From the human T2T-CHM13v2.0 reference genome, Homo sapiens, in the NCBI RefSeq assembly GCF_009914755.1, contig NC_060928.1: a stretch of DNA of 64,000 nucleotides; one strand, written 5' to 3'. The number at the start of each line of letters is the position of its first letter. Position 1 is the stretch's first letter. The translations under genes were made by a program, and so were the position numbers. The notes below the pieces were generated by a model. That model ran no database searches. It was given only the letters and a program-made list of their open reading frames with translations, and was not told the DNA's origin. This document shows positions 1 through 16,661 of this stretch, in pieces.

Positions 1-779
1 AATTTGATAATAAATTGCAGACATCTGACATTTTACCTCTAAATACTTTTACTTCTTATTACTTGAGTGCCATTGCAACTAGTCTCTTACAATGAAAAAA
101 ATACATGTATTTACCAAATTGTGAGTTCCCACTGCTATCTCTAATTCTAATTCTAATTCAACACTACAGGGTTATTTTTTCCCTCATTTCATCATTCTAT
201 TTTCCTTCTCCCACTGTGACAACTGTGGTTTTCGAGAACACCAATATATTGATTCACCTGCTCAATTCTAAAACATACACAATATATTTTTGGAATTGCC
301 ATACTGATATTACTACAGAAACAAACTAAATAAAGTTCAAGACTTTTACAGTTCTTTTTGTCCTTAGAATATATTCCATCGCATGTACACAAAGTTCTAT
401 GCTCAAAAGTTACTTGGATTAATTCTTTTTCATTCTCTTCTGTTTAGTCATATTATCAAGTTGATAGACATTTAGTTTCATTTGTTTCTGGTTAAACTGA
501 ATTTTGATAATTTTCCATCCTGTTGATTTAATTTTATTTCTTGAACATGTGAAATAGTAATGTGGTTCAAAAGGCAGAACTGTGTTTTAAAAGTATTAAC
601 AGAGAGGTCTCATCGCTTCTCGATGCTTTTCCCCCAATCTCACCTACTTCCTCTAGGTAAAAAAAATCACTCATTAAAAAAAATTTTTCTTTCTATGTTT
701 CTTTTTGCAACAGTAAACAGATGTTCACACATTTACATACTTTTTTGCACAAAATATATCATTCTATACATACTCTTTT

Positions 780-1250
780 TGTATCTTACATTTTTCACTT
801 AACAATATATCATGAAAATATTCCCTACATAGAGATCTTTTTCATTCCTTTTGACAACTGCCTAGTACTCCATTGTGTCTATGGACTATGTTTTATTTAA
901 TATCTCCTATGAATGGTCATGTAAGTGGCTTCCACTATTTTGCTGTTATAAATAATACTGAAGTGAATAATCTCAGGCACAGATTTTTGCTATTGTTGAG
1001 ATGTAGCTTCAGGGATAGAGTTGCTGGTCAAAAAGCAGTTCTGTTTGTTTTTCTCACATTATCTTCCATAGGAATTGTACCATTTTAGGCTTTCATCAGC
1101 AATTTATGAAAAGGCCTATTTCCCCATAGTCTCACCTACAAAATATGTTAGCAAACTTTTGAATTTTTCACCAATTTGATAGTTGAGAAATGTCACTTCT
1201 CTGATTAAGTGTGATGTTTAGCATCTTTCCTTCTATTGGGAGCCTTTTGT
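780..1250 (-). mobile_element. Old L1 (L1ME-like) fragment
   Basis: Degenerate antisense L1 3' motifs (ttccactattttgctgttataaataatactg; ccattttaggctttcatcagcaatttatga). Boundaries approximate. Confidence 0.5.
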
Positions 1251-1296
1251 TAATACTTCTCCACTCTTCCCCATATCATCCATTCTCCCCAACCCC

Positions 1297-1347
1297 ATGT
1301 ATGTGTGTGTGTGTGTGTGTATGTGTGTGTCTGTGTGTTTGTGTGTG
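1297..1347 (+). repeat. (TG)n microsatellite in MTTP intron 10
   Basis: Imperfect TG dinucleotide run seen directly. Confidence 0.95.
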
Positions 1348-2002
1348 CTTGTAGCCTAATTTCAGAGGTTATGAATCCTGTGGATGAATTAGATCTTAAA
1401 ACCCTTTATTTTTAAAAAATTTTTCAGCCTAGACTCTGTCATACAAAGAATCTTTATTTTAAACATGAAACTGAAGCCTCTAAAACATATGTAGTGGCAA
1501 ATATAAGACCAGAACCCAGATGTCCCTATTTCTAATTTGCTTTCCCATTAAACTATTAACTTACACTCAATCCCCCTTTTTCTCAGACTAGGACAAAAGG
1601 ACTTTTCTGATTGTAGAACATATTTGAAAAGTACCTAGTAAAGTACCTACCACATAGGAGGTACTGAGGAAATATTTTTTGAACTATATTGCAGCATTAA
1701 TTAAATTTGGAATTAAGTGAAAACAAACACTTTTAAAACATTTAGAGCCAGACTTTATGGTTGAACTCTAAGAGGTCTCACCCAAGTTCTTACTTAAGGA
1801 AAGGTGTATGGTGACACTAAGACTCCATCTAATTGTTGCTTTAGCAATTCAGTGAATGAGCAGTTTTTTGAATAACCAATCACAATGAAATTAAAAAGTG
1901 GCCTTATATATTCAAAATGTGTTCAAAACAAAATATGCCCATTATTGATAATACTCATTGCTTCTTAAGAATGTATATGTATTTTTTTTAAAAAAAGCAT
2001 AA

Positions 2003-2446
<444 letters not shown>

Positions 2447-3204
2447 TGAACATGAGTCAAATGCAAATTCCGCTCAAGTCACTCTGTATTTTCCCCAAAT
2501 AGTCTTCTCTCCTGCTTAAAAATAACTCTTAAATTGCATTTGCGGCTATTCTAAATATCCTCACAGGGTAACGTCCTATATCTATATCCTGAAGCATAAA
2601 TATTGAAGCATATTCTCTTATTTTAAGAAACAAATTCTTTTTTGAAATATATTTACTTTTATAAGTTTTAAGATGCTGTTACATTTTTCAATACTGAAAT
2701 ATCCTGGTTTAAGTATAACTTTGTTTGTTACTACAACTACATTTTTCAGGAAGCCATCTAAATTAAACCTTTGTTAGGGCAGAGAATGTCTATAAATCTC
2801 AAGATAAACCATCTGCCGAGAATGGTGTTTCCAGTTTATAGCTAAGCACCTTCCCACCAGTTTTGTGTTGAAGTTGGTGGCTGCAAATCATGATGGTTAG
2901 GGGCACAGGCTTTTGAGAAAGACAGACCTACGTATAAACTCTGGCTCTGTCCTTCCCTGGTTGTTTGTTCTTGGGTGACTTGTTTAACATCTACATATCT
3001 GAGAGCAAAGCCAAGATTTGAGGGAGTTAGTAAAAGGTAAAGGGAAATGAAATTAAAGAAATATTTATAAATGCTTAGTATAGATCCTTACACATTGAAT
3101 ATCATTAGGCAGTTCTAATAATCAATGAAGTTACTTGTTGCTATGGAATGCAATTATTTTGGCACGTTTTCTTCGATGCTAATGTTTTGTTTAGAAAACA
3201 AAAG

Positions 3205-3413
3205 GATCCTAATGTAACCTACAGACTTTGGGTAATAATGAAGTGCCAGGTAGATTTATTGAATGTAAGAGATGTACCACTGAGGGCATTGTTGATACAA
3301 GGGGTGATTGTGCGTGTGTAGGGTTAAAAGGTGTGTGGGAACTCTCTGTACTTTCCACTCAATTTTGCTGTGAACCTAAACTGCTCTTTAAAAAGTCTAT
3401 TAATTAAAAAAAA
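3205..3413 (+). mobile_element. L1MC-like 3' end
   Basis: gggaactctctgtactttccactcaattttgctgtgaacctaaactgctct followed by an A-tail is a typical L1MC 3' terminus. Confidence 0.7.
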
Positions 3414-3514
3414 GAGAGATGGGAAGATTCTGAGGTACTTCATTGTAAGGAAACATTACTTCATATAACTACCTTTCCCCAGAGCCCCATGCCATGTAGT
3501 ATCCTTAAAATTCT

Positions 3515-4095
<581 letters not shown>

Positions 4096-4182
4096 CACAT
4101 GTATATTTTTATGAACACTCACTATTCCTGCTATTCCTGCTGAAATGTCCATTTTAAAAATCTAGATGTGCACTAAGTTTGA

Positions 4183-4479
<297 letters not shown>

Positions 4480-6494
4480 TAATAATAATGATGTGGTCAT
4501 TATGCAGGGTTACGTTGCATAAAACCAAAGAGTGCCAGATTTCCCATAATAGGGCTATTTAGGGGGCCAGATGAAACAACTTCACTTTGGCACTATGAGT
4601 CCATGACTGGTAACTCTGGGTATAATTTTTAGTAGGGATGTCTTGTTCAGTCTGGCAAGTGTATATTGCCAAATGTTTTAAAAGCTAACTGCATTTTCAA
4701 CAGGATTTTAAAAATAAGTACAACAAAACAAAGTAAATTCTTACCAAATGGTTTTCATTGTAACATTTCAAGTGTTAGGAATTTTTGAAGCCTCATTTAT
4801 CACAGATCAAATAAATTTCCCATTTAAGTTTAAAATCTTAGGCACGGCCCACATTTCAAGGTGATTCAAAATTTAAAGAGTGCAATCAGTAGAGTTCATC
4901 ACTCTATAACTCTTGCTGAATTAATTTCCTTCCAGTTACCAAGTCTGTCCTCCCAAATGCAAAGTGGCTCCCCCAAGGTGCCTCCTCCCTGGAATTAGAG
5001 GGTCAGAGAAGGAAGTTTCATTTTTCCTGAGTTACATGCAGAACACTACCCCCACGAAAGATCAGATTTAAGCATTCACCACAGAGATTGGAAGGGTGGA
5101 AAATAAAGGGAAAGAAAATGAAAAAAGACAGCATTAAAAGGTTGAAAGAAAGAGAAACAAGGACTAAGACTGAAGGAAGACATAAGAAACGGGTGTGAGT
5201 AGAACAGAGATAAGAGCAGGACATTCAGGAAAGAGCAATGGAGCAAGTGAGTGAGAAAAGAAGCCAAATCTCTCTGCAGCCATGTATTTCTAGTTGAACG
5301 CATTTAGCTTCTCCATTTCTTTGTTTGCTTTTATGAGACCCTGTGAAGGAGATCCTGGGTGTACTTGCTGCCTTCGTCTTATGGCTCTAGCATTTCAGGG
5401 ACCCGGAAAGAGGAGACAGTGGGGTAGAGAACAGACTAGAAATTGTGAGGAAAATATCACCAACATTATGGTTCAGAGTCTCAGAACCAAAAACATTAGA
5501 GTGGGGAGGAACACTAAAGGCTCCCTTGCTTGGTATCTCTCCACTGTAGGGCTGTAGTCTCCCAGCAGGTGGTATTCAGACTTTGCTTCCCTCTCCCGAT
5601 GACAGGAAGCTCACCATCTTTGAGGGAACTTGTGCCAGTGTTGTTCAGAGACTCTCACCATTATGTCTTTGTATAATCTGAAATCTTCCTATTGGCTCTG
5701 GTTTTATCCCAGGAGCAAAGCAAAACACGTCTAGTCATTCATCCACAAGAAGACCCTTTGAATATCTGAGGATAGCTGTCATAACCCTTCTCATCTTTGC
5801 TTCTCTAGGCTAAAATCTTATAACCTAGTGATATTGGAGGGGAAACCTCTCAGGATGCCATTGCCTCCCCTCAATTATTTTCTACCTTAGACCTAGGACC
5901 AGATTTCTATAATTGATTATTTTGATGTTTTGCTATGTTGTCATAATGTTGCTATTACTGATATGATTAATGTTATGTAATCAGAAATGAACATCTTAAC
6001 ACTAATTACTTAGACAAGATGGACGCAATGGGGTAAGGATTAAGACTTACTCCAGAGGAGACGATGATTTCTATATGGGTTTTACTGAGCTGTTTCTGTA
6101 ATTGGAAACTTCACAGATATAGAAGAAATACTGGAAATGTACTGTTATATGTCATTAGTGAGAGAGACTATTAGGGAATGCAGAAAAACATTTAAAGAAA
6201 TATTGTGCAATCTCCCCAGTTTGGCACAATTTTCCTTTAAGTGTATGCACTATTAAACAATAAAACCATGACGAATCAAAGAATTTTGCCATGCCTGAAA
6301 TGTGTCTACTAGTCAACTTAAGCCACCTCAAAGCTGGACACCCTTGCCTTGCTGTCATTTTGATACCAAACTAAATTTCAAATATCTGAGTAATGAAGGG
6401 GCTAGCCCTAATCCTGATGCTACCACGCCAGCTGGCACCACCCTGGCTCTTGGAAAGGCATGAGGAAAATTTGGCTTCCTCTTTTTTCCACTGA

Positions 6495-6936
<442 letters not shown>

Positions 6937-8019
6937 TGAGGTAAAATAAAACATATATGCTGTGGGTAATGCTATAGAATGTATAAGTTAATGGTGGCTT
7001 CTGTCATATTTTGCCCATGATTTCCTTATCTGTAAGAGGCTGTATGGTTTATAGTCACTCAGAGAAAGTTTCGAATTTGAACTTGAAACCTAAGTAATTT
7101 GATCCATTGAACTTGACAAATGTCCATTTGTCTTTTCAAAGGTGCACATATTCACAAAACTGAAATTGTGCCAATATTTCTTACATAAACGTTTAAAAAT
7201 AATATTTTATTTTTATTCACAGATATATTTCTTAGCCTCCTCTCACCCCCAAGTATTTAATTCTAGAATATATTTTCCTTTTCTGGTTGTTTCTATGAAG
7301 AGATTGATTCCCCATAATAAAACCCTTCATAATAGAATATGATGCTCTAAAGAGTCAATCTGTATTTCTCCAACACTGCTAGAAGAGAAAAGAATAAAAT
7401 GTAGGCATTCAACAGCTGGCTGACTTCCATCCCTTTAGTGTTATCCAAATTGAGGTGATGGTCTATAAAGACTTCCTAATAATGACATGTACTTTCTTTT
7501 TAGTTTTTATGTACATGAAATTATTACCTTGTAAATACAGCCATTTAAGTTTTTAAAATGATCCAATGCTATAAAAACTTGAGTCTTTATCAATCTTATA
7601 TTACTATACCTTTTGGTAGTACTGTAGTCAGAGTACTATGCCTTTCTGTCCTGAGGAATCACAATCTGTTTTCTGATATGTACTTTGAAATGCAAAACAT
7701 CCAGGGGTTAAAGGGCTGGGTATGGAGGACAGAAAATATGTAGGATTCCTATTTGTTGTGGAAATAAGTGTGTTAGCCCCCTCATGGTGTTTATCGACTT
7801 TTTTTTTTTTTTTTGGCTAGGGAGAAAAGTTTGACATGGAATGGGGTGAGTCATGGCTTAGAGAATACCATGTCCTCACATAGCAGCAGCCTTAGAATGA
7901 CTCTGCCAACACCTTTCCATCTACTTTTAGATGCTCTGCAAGACAGCTGATGCGTTGTATATGACAGTCCTGGAAAGACTAAGAGTCTGTAGGATGCCAT
8001 CATAAAATAGAAAGCTCAT

Positions 8020-8160
8020 GGTTTTCATAGTCAGACAGAAGGGGTATGGGTCCCGCCTCTGACATTTATTAGCTGAGTAAACTTGAAAACTTTTTTTGCC
8101 TCATCTACAAAATGGGTAATATCATATGTACTTCAAAGAGTGGTTGTGAGGATTCAATGA
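8020..8160 (+). mobile_element. MIR fragment
   Basis: gcctcatctacaaaatgggtaat...ggttgtgaggattcaatga MIR core. Confidence 0.65.
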
Positions 8161-8239
8161 AAAACTAACCCACCTTATATTCAGGCACAGAGGTTTTTGT
8201 CTGTTTTAGTTTTTGTTTTTAGCTGTTGCAAATATTTAA

Positions 8240-8608
<369 letters not shown>

Positions 8609-9884
8609 TAAAATACGCCAGGCACGTTTTAAATATGCTTAGTTCTTGGAGGATACAAGACAAAATTGTGCCCATCTTGGAGCTCATATTCCAAGCACTT
8701 GGCCCTCTTGGTATTGGTCCCCTTTCTCCTTTACTATAGATATGTTATAATTTCATATATTAGATGATTAATAAGTGCCTTTAATTGGAGGCAAAGAGAA
8801 AATGTTGATGTTAACAGAAACAAGAAAGTTTAGGACACAACAGAATAGAGCTACCACTGTCTCCTCACTTGGCTCTCTCAGGCACGAGGGCTTAGGTGAT
8901 ATTTATCCTGAAGGCAGGAGCTGAACTATGTGGCCTTATAAGTCACTGATGACATTTGTAATGACAGAGATGATGAAGATGCATACAGTGCATCATTTTG
9001 ACCCTGCCAAATTAGTAGAGGCACAAGCAACCACGGCCATGAGCCACATGCAAGAAATCATGAAGACTCTTTGCCCAAAATTCTCATGTATATAAAATCT
9101 CAGAAAGATGTGTTCATTCTTAGAGTATAGGAGTACTTTCATTCTCTAGAGCCACATTCTTCAAAATGGTTTTCAATTTTTTGTGGCCCGAAATCTTATG
9201 ATACTGTACCAAAAAATGACAATACTATCTTTGATGCAGTAAGATTTAAGTGGCCAAGATACTGTGGGATGGAGATGGTCTGCCTAATTAGATTTTCTGA
9301 AAAACAGAAGAGGGTTAATCTGAATAACCTTTGAGTCTGAATGTTTGGTGCTTAAAATTTTTCTTTAATAGTTTGATTTATTTTCTGCTTCACTAAGCAT
9401 AGCAACATAAAAAATGATATATTTGCTAAATAAAATCTTATGAGGAATCAAAGTGATCACTGTGTACTCTAATTCATACTTATTATATTGAGAATATATA
9501 AGGAGATTGAAATAAAAATTTACAGATGATTGGATTGACTTGTAAAGTTTACTTTATTGTTTTAATACATTAATGGATAATAGCCTACGTTTGAATTTTG
9601 CCTCCGTTACCTTCTTGCTATGTGCTCTTGGGCAGTTACTTAATAGCCTTAAGCCACAATTTCATACTAGTAAAATGAGGCACCTGGAACAGGTGGTCTG
9701 AAGATTTTATCAGCTTTTTTGTTTGCCAGATAATTTGAGGATTCTGATTTGTTAGGTTCTGGTTATGAAATCATAGATTTTAAGGGCTGGGAGATATCTT
9801 AGGTATTAGACTGTATTAAAACTCCTCCAAAAGCTCATTATTTGGGATTAAACAGTGTTAATTTTCTATCTTTCTTGTTCCTCA

Positions 9885-10330
9885 TATCAGCTCAGGATAG
9901 CTGTATATAACAAAAACAAAAAGCAATTTAGAGTGGCTTAACTAAATAGTTTCACTTTTATAGTGTAACAAACATTTGGAAGTAGGTGGTCCAGGGTTAA
10001 TATGGAAATCTTAAGATATCATCAGAATCCAAGCTGCCTTCCTTCAGCTCAGCCATTCTTACTTGTGACTTTTGACCTCATGCTTGTCACCTTGTGATTA
10101 TCAGATGGCTGCTCCACTTCCAGCACCACTTCCTCATTCCAAGATGGAAGAAGGGAAGGATAAGAGGTCACAGAGTCTGACTCTTTTTCAAGAATTGTTT
10201 GGAATCCCTGTCTAGGTTTTGGACCAAAACGGTGTTACATGGCTATCTCTAGCTGAGAGAGAAGCTTTTGAACATAGTTTTTCAATGGGTGTCTGAACAA
10301 AATTGTTTCTGTCAATACAAATGTAGAAAG
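9885..10330. mobile_element. MLT1 (MaLR) LTR remnant
   Basis: tcagctcaggatagctgtatataacaaaaac...agtggcttaac...gatggctgctccacttccagca...gttacatggc motifs. Confidence 0.55.
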
Positions 10331-10590
10331 GACAAAGAGCAGTGCGTCTTGTATCCCTTAATCCTCAAGTCACACATGAAAAAAACAGTTCTCAAATTAT
10401 ATCAGAATTTTACATTGCACAATTCCAGTTTTAATGAAAGAATCGTCTAAAGGCAGCATAAGTACTGAAAAAGTAGTCCACGTTTTAGGACACAGAGGAC
10501 AGCTCAACACCACCTGTATGTGCTTAGCTACCCATAAACAATGCCTGAGGATTTGAATCGGGGTGTAAAACCATGAGGAGTAATCTAGAT

Positions 10591-10811
10591 CTGGGTCAGC
10601 AAACTTGTTCTGTAAAGGGTAGAAAGTAAATATTTTACGCTTTGCAGGCCACATGGTTTCTGTTGCAGCCACTCAATTCTGTTACTGTAGAGTGAAGACA
10701 GCCATCAGCAATACATTAACAAATGAGTATGGCTGTGTTCCAATAAAATTTTATGTACAAGAATAGCCAGTGGGCCAGACTTGCCTGCTGGCCATAGTTT
10801 GCCAATCCCTG
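10591..10811 (+). mobile_element. MER58A-like hAT-Charlie MITE with perfect 8-bp TSD
   Basis: Terminal inverted repeats ctgggtcagcaaact / agtttgccaatccctg; TSD ATCTAGAT at 10583-10590 and 10812-10819. Confidence 0.9.
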
Positions 10812-11375
10812 ATCTAGATTATCTTGTACAGTTTTTCTATTCACTAAGCTAGGGCAGCTAAGGCAAGGCATATTCTATGAGAAAGATTGCCCCCTAGCTA
10901 TTAAACATAGCCCAGTGTCTGTGTGTCAGGTTGGAGTATTTGGCAGATCTGAGGTTATTATACAAATTAAGCTGTCTGAGGCCCCCTGGCTCTGCAGAGC
11001 ACTCCAGTAATGCCATCCTAGCTTCAGAGACACATACCACTCTAGGTCAAGTGCTGACACTGAAGGAAATGTTGGCAGTGGGTAGCCCATCACAGCCACC
11101 AGGGCAGATGGAATTACTCTGTGCTTGCTCACACTTTCTCTCTTCAGCTAATTGGATTACTCTTCAGAGAAAGATGTCTCATAAAGTCAGTTTAATAAGG
11201 GGATCCTCTTTAGCCAGTAAAGAACATATTTCCCTAAATGGAAGCAACAGGATGAGTTGTCAAAATGTCAGCATCTGAGCTATAAGAAACACTTATGGGA
11301 CCAAGAGGATCAAAGAGGTCACATTAGCTACAAAGTTCTAATAACTTTTTCCTCTAGTTCATAGGAAAGAATCTA

Positions 11376-11861
<486 letters not shown>

Positions 11862-13402
11862 CTAGAGACAATTGGAGTGTTTATTCTGGCTTCATGTGTA
11901 GCCTCTGAGCCTGATTTTTCCTTTCAATCTTAAGATATAATGCCTACCATGGAATATTGGTATGAGGATTAAATGAGACACCAAAGCTTTGTAGAGCTTT
12001 GGGCACACAGTATGTGCTCAAAACCTGTTAGTTCTACTTACTTTATACTGCTTAAAAATTAGCACCATGTGGCTTAGTCCCTTTCAAAAAGGAAAGAGTG
12101 CTTTGTTTTTCTACAGGAGTCAGTGGTTTATCTTTATAAGGGGGTCCAAGAAAATTCCTCTTTGCACATGCATTCTTCTTTTGTCCCTTTGTGTAAGGAA
12201 GTAGAATTTTCCCAGAAATCCAAGGCACTCCTCATAACCCACCTTGCAATGGAAATGCTCTCTCCCCACAAAAGGTGCGTTGTCTAACAGCCATGAAATG
12301 GCCTTTTCCATGGCACTTGGTGTATTTTGCCTTCCATTTAATATATGGTTGGTGGGAAGGCCAAGATCCACATCACAGGCCTCTGCTGGACTGGGTGGAT
12401 GAACAAGATTATAATTTTCAAATTAGGAAGAGAGAAAAAGATGCAAAGAAAGGAATATTTCTGAGGTGAGGCACACCATAGCTTTCATTTGGAAATAATC
12501 ATGTTTGGAGTACACATACAGAACTCTCATATTTTGGTCCCATAGTTCACAGGCATAGGTGAAAATGTGGGCATGACTATTGTGTTTTCTTCAGGATAGT
12601 TTGTGTCCATCACATTAGTTATAATGCCTCAAACAACCCCTTCATCCCATGCAGCCATATTTTGTCCTATATCAAATGTCTCTTTAAGTATCCTTAGAGC
12701 TATCTCCTAATGTGTCCTGAGCATGGCACTGAGAATCTCATGCTTCCATCAAAGAGTGTCCTTCAGACTGAAAGTAGCTTCATGCCGCAACCGTACTTTT
12801 TTAATACACCTGGTTGTAAACCAAGTCCTTTGCCTGGGGTTTCCTGTGACCTTTTTTTGGAAAGTGAAGAGAACTCAGGGAGATCAACACAATCCTTGCT
12901 AGAAAGTTAAATCATGGCAGTTATAGCTGGCAAATGCATGGCTTGTTTGGTCTGAGTAGGGCAGTTACATAAAGAAGTTAGTCATCCTGCCGGTTGCCAG
13001 GAATTTAAGATCTTTGGAGGAATATCAAAATTAAGGATACTGAGTCTCTTTCTCAAAATCATTATCACTTCCAACACTGTCCCCAGGCAATCTGATTCCA
13101 ATCCAACTAAAAAGTTTTGTGCCAACATCACCTCAACTAATGTACATGAAAAAAAAATGCAAGACTTAAAGGCTAAATGCAGGCAAACAGCACAAAACAA
13201 TGGGTTTCAGACAACCACAAAATTTGCTCAGGATGGGCCATGTTTGTAAATAATTACTGTCCCTATGAAAAATACTATTGAGTTCATGTTGAACTTGACT
13301 ATTAACTCAGTGTCATTTCAAATGTCAAACAGCAGGGTATTAGGCTTAGTTAAATTTGCCTTCGTTTTCTAGTTGGATGTAGGCAATTCCTGGAACTTGT
13401 AT

Positions 13403-13743
13403 ACAGTTGGCGTCTCTGTAACCGCTGGTTCCTCATCAAATTCAACCAACCTCAGATCAAAAATATTTGGAAAAAAAACACCAAACAATAAAATATAGCA
13501 AAACGACAGTATATATTCATACAATTTTTAAAATACAGCATAACAGCAACATAGCATTTACACTGTATTAGGTATTATAAGTAATCTAGAGATGATTTAA
13601 AGTGTATGGGAGGATGGGTGTAGGTTACATGCAAATACTATGCCTTTTTATATAAGGGACTTGAGCACCCTTGGATTTTGTTATACTCAGGGCTGGGCAT
13701 AGGTAGTCCTATAACAAGTTCCCCTTGGATACTAACGGACAAA
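13403..13743 (-). mobile_element. MER2 (TcMar-Tigger) DNA transposon
   Basis: gtattaggtattataagtaatctagagatgatttaaagt...gcaaatactatgcc...agggacttgagca core. Confidence 0.85.
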
Positions 13744-13944
13744 CACACTCCACTGGGAGTTTTAAATCTTGTCTGTTATTTTCTAGCAGGATGCAGTTGA
13801 CTGTATTTGCCACAGCACATAACTAGAGAAGTGCTGAAGGACCTCGAGAGATCACCTGATCCAAACCTCCTCCCCTTACTTCCCTGGACAAAAAGCCACA
13901 GCTAGATTTCTGATGGAGATGCCTTCATTTTCCTTAGTTCAAAA

Positions 13945-14124
13945 GTTTCCAAATTTAGGTGGATCAGAATCATACAAGGGCTTGTTAAAACATAGATTGC
14001 TAGACCCCATCCTCAGAGTTTCTAATTTAGTAGGTATGAAGGGGAACTTATAATCTGTACTTCAAACCAGTTCCCAGGCAATGCTGATGCTGTTGTTCAC
14101 AGAAACACACTTTGAGAACCATTG
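13945..14124. mobile_element. MER5A hAT-Charlie element
   Basis: gggcttgttaaaacatagattgct...gttcccagg...gctgatgctg...cacactttgagaaccattg. Confidence 0.85.
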
Positions 14125-14405
14125 TTCCTTTCAAAGTGTAGCAATGATTGAAGGAAAACATCCTTCTTAATTGGCACTTCATCACTCTGGTATTTTAATT
14201 GACTAATTAATTTAGCAAATCAACAGAGTCTACTTCCGGTGCTTAAAATTAGGACAGCATGTTTCCAAGCCTAGAGAAAGACTCCAACATCAACACAACT
14301 CAAATGGAATTATCTACAGCAGGAGGTCAAATGTGCCATTGGAAAGGGGGTTAACTAAATTGTACTTATTATTTTTATAACTATTATTATGCTTTTTTCT
14401 TCTAG

Positions 14406-14531
<126 letters not shown>

Positions 14532-16457
14532 TAAGTGTTTATGCATTATACATTTATGAATTACATATAAGACTATATACAGAGAACTTCCGAAATATGT
14601 TTTGGGAATTAATCTTCTGACTTTTCAAAATCTATGCTTTCTATTTGGAATTATAAAACGATAGAGTTGGAAGTGATCATAGGAAATTATTCTGTCTATA
14701 GCTTCTTATGAGCAGGTCAGTACCTAATATGACTCAGCCAAGAATTTTCCTGCTTTTAAAGACATACATAGACAGGATGCCCTGTGAATCAGATGGTTCA
14801 TCTTCTTTTGGTATTCCACCAAGAGAAGAAATTTCACTTTAAGGTAAACTTTCCTCTTTTGTTGTCTTCAGTGGGGAAAAATAAAATAGATAATTTCATC
14901 TGTGCAGAAACTAACTATTAAATGTTAAGAGTCCTTAAGTCTTTTCATCAGCATTCCTTTTTCTAAATAAAATACTCTAAGCTCCTTTAATTTTTCTAAT
15001 CTACCTGTGAGATTTAATGAAAGTGTTTTACTTTGAATATAAAACAATGTCTTTGAACTAGTGTGAAGATGAAAATTATTAGCCTTCTGTTACAGAATTT
15101 TTAAAAAGGAAATAGAAATGCAACTAATTTTAATTTTTTGATATTTAAAAACACATTCAGGCAAAAGTGAGATATGTGATAAAATCAAATTTTTGATTCA
15201 TCTTGAGCTATGGATGAAGGAACTGAGAGCAATCAAACAGTAGCACATTTAATGTGAAGTGTGACCCACAGTGTTACCAAAAGGAAACACAGAATGAAAA
15301 ATGACACTGGTCATCAAAAGGTTCACAATATAACTTAGGGCTTCCCACATAATCAGTCATCTTTCACCTCTTTCCAAAGTACTTTCTAGACAGAAGTTTT
15401 TCCAAATGAAATGGAATTGAATTCTTTGCAAAGAGAAATCAACAACAGCAACAACAAAAAGTAATTTGGATTTTTTAAAAAAGTACACAGTATCCTTAAG
15501 AATCTACCCTTATCCATATTGTAACCAATCTGTCTTCCATTTCCACTTGTTCATTTGAAAAAAATATCTTTTAAACCTTTGCTGAATATAGGACATCAGA
15601 AGGTACTCTAAGTGATTCAGGGATTAAAACGACCTCTGACCTATTTTTACACTGATCATAACAGCAGCAGGGGTTTTAATTTGCGCAGCAAAAATTAATA
15701 TTCCTGTCAAAACATAAGGGCATAAAACTCTCATTTAATTGTGAAAGCAGTTTCTCACAGTTTGATTTAAAGTCCACAATTCAATTACAGTAGAAGTAAG
15801 TCTTCTGTTGAAATTATTTATCCTCTTCATCATTATCCAGGGCACATTCCCCAGCCAATGCAATCTGTTTATCCAGTTATCTAGAGCATCATTAAAGGAC
15901 CCACCATATTTTTCCTCCTAGGACCTACTGTACATGCCCCACTGTAAGAATGATTTTTTGTAACACAATATTTTTTCAAATATCTTGGCAATCAAGGGCT
16001 TACGCCTCTAGAGACTCTTTGGAGAAGGTAATGAAATGGAATTAAAATAGCTGCCTAGAAGCCAACAGAGAGATAGTTAACAAAAAACTATAAGCATCGA
16101 TTGTCTTCTTGGTGAGTTTAGACTCCATTTTAATATAACTTGGGTATTTCTGACCTGCTGAGAGGACTGGGTTCCAAGAATGTTTTCATTTTGGTCTTTG
16201 TTATGCCCATACAAAACAATGTAGTATCTTACAGACACTCCCCACATCTGCAACTGAAGGCAGGGGAGAGCTCAGGGGAAGGGCAAACCTTCCCTGCCCA
16301 ATATCTGAGACTCACCAGGCCCTGGTTACCAGCAGAACTCTAAGCACATCCAGGTCACCTCTGAATCCCTTAAGTGTTTCCTTCCAGTCACTGGCATCAT
16401 ACGTTCAGACCCTGTAAAGTTACAGCTGTTAGTCCAATACCATTAAATATAATATGA

Positions 16458-16661
<204 letters not shown>

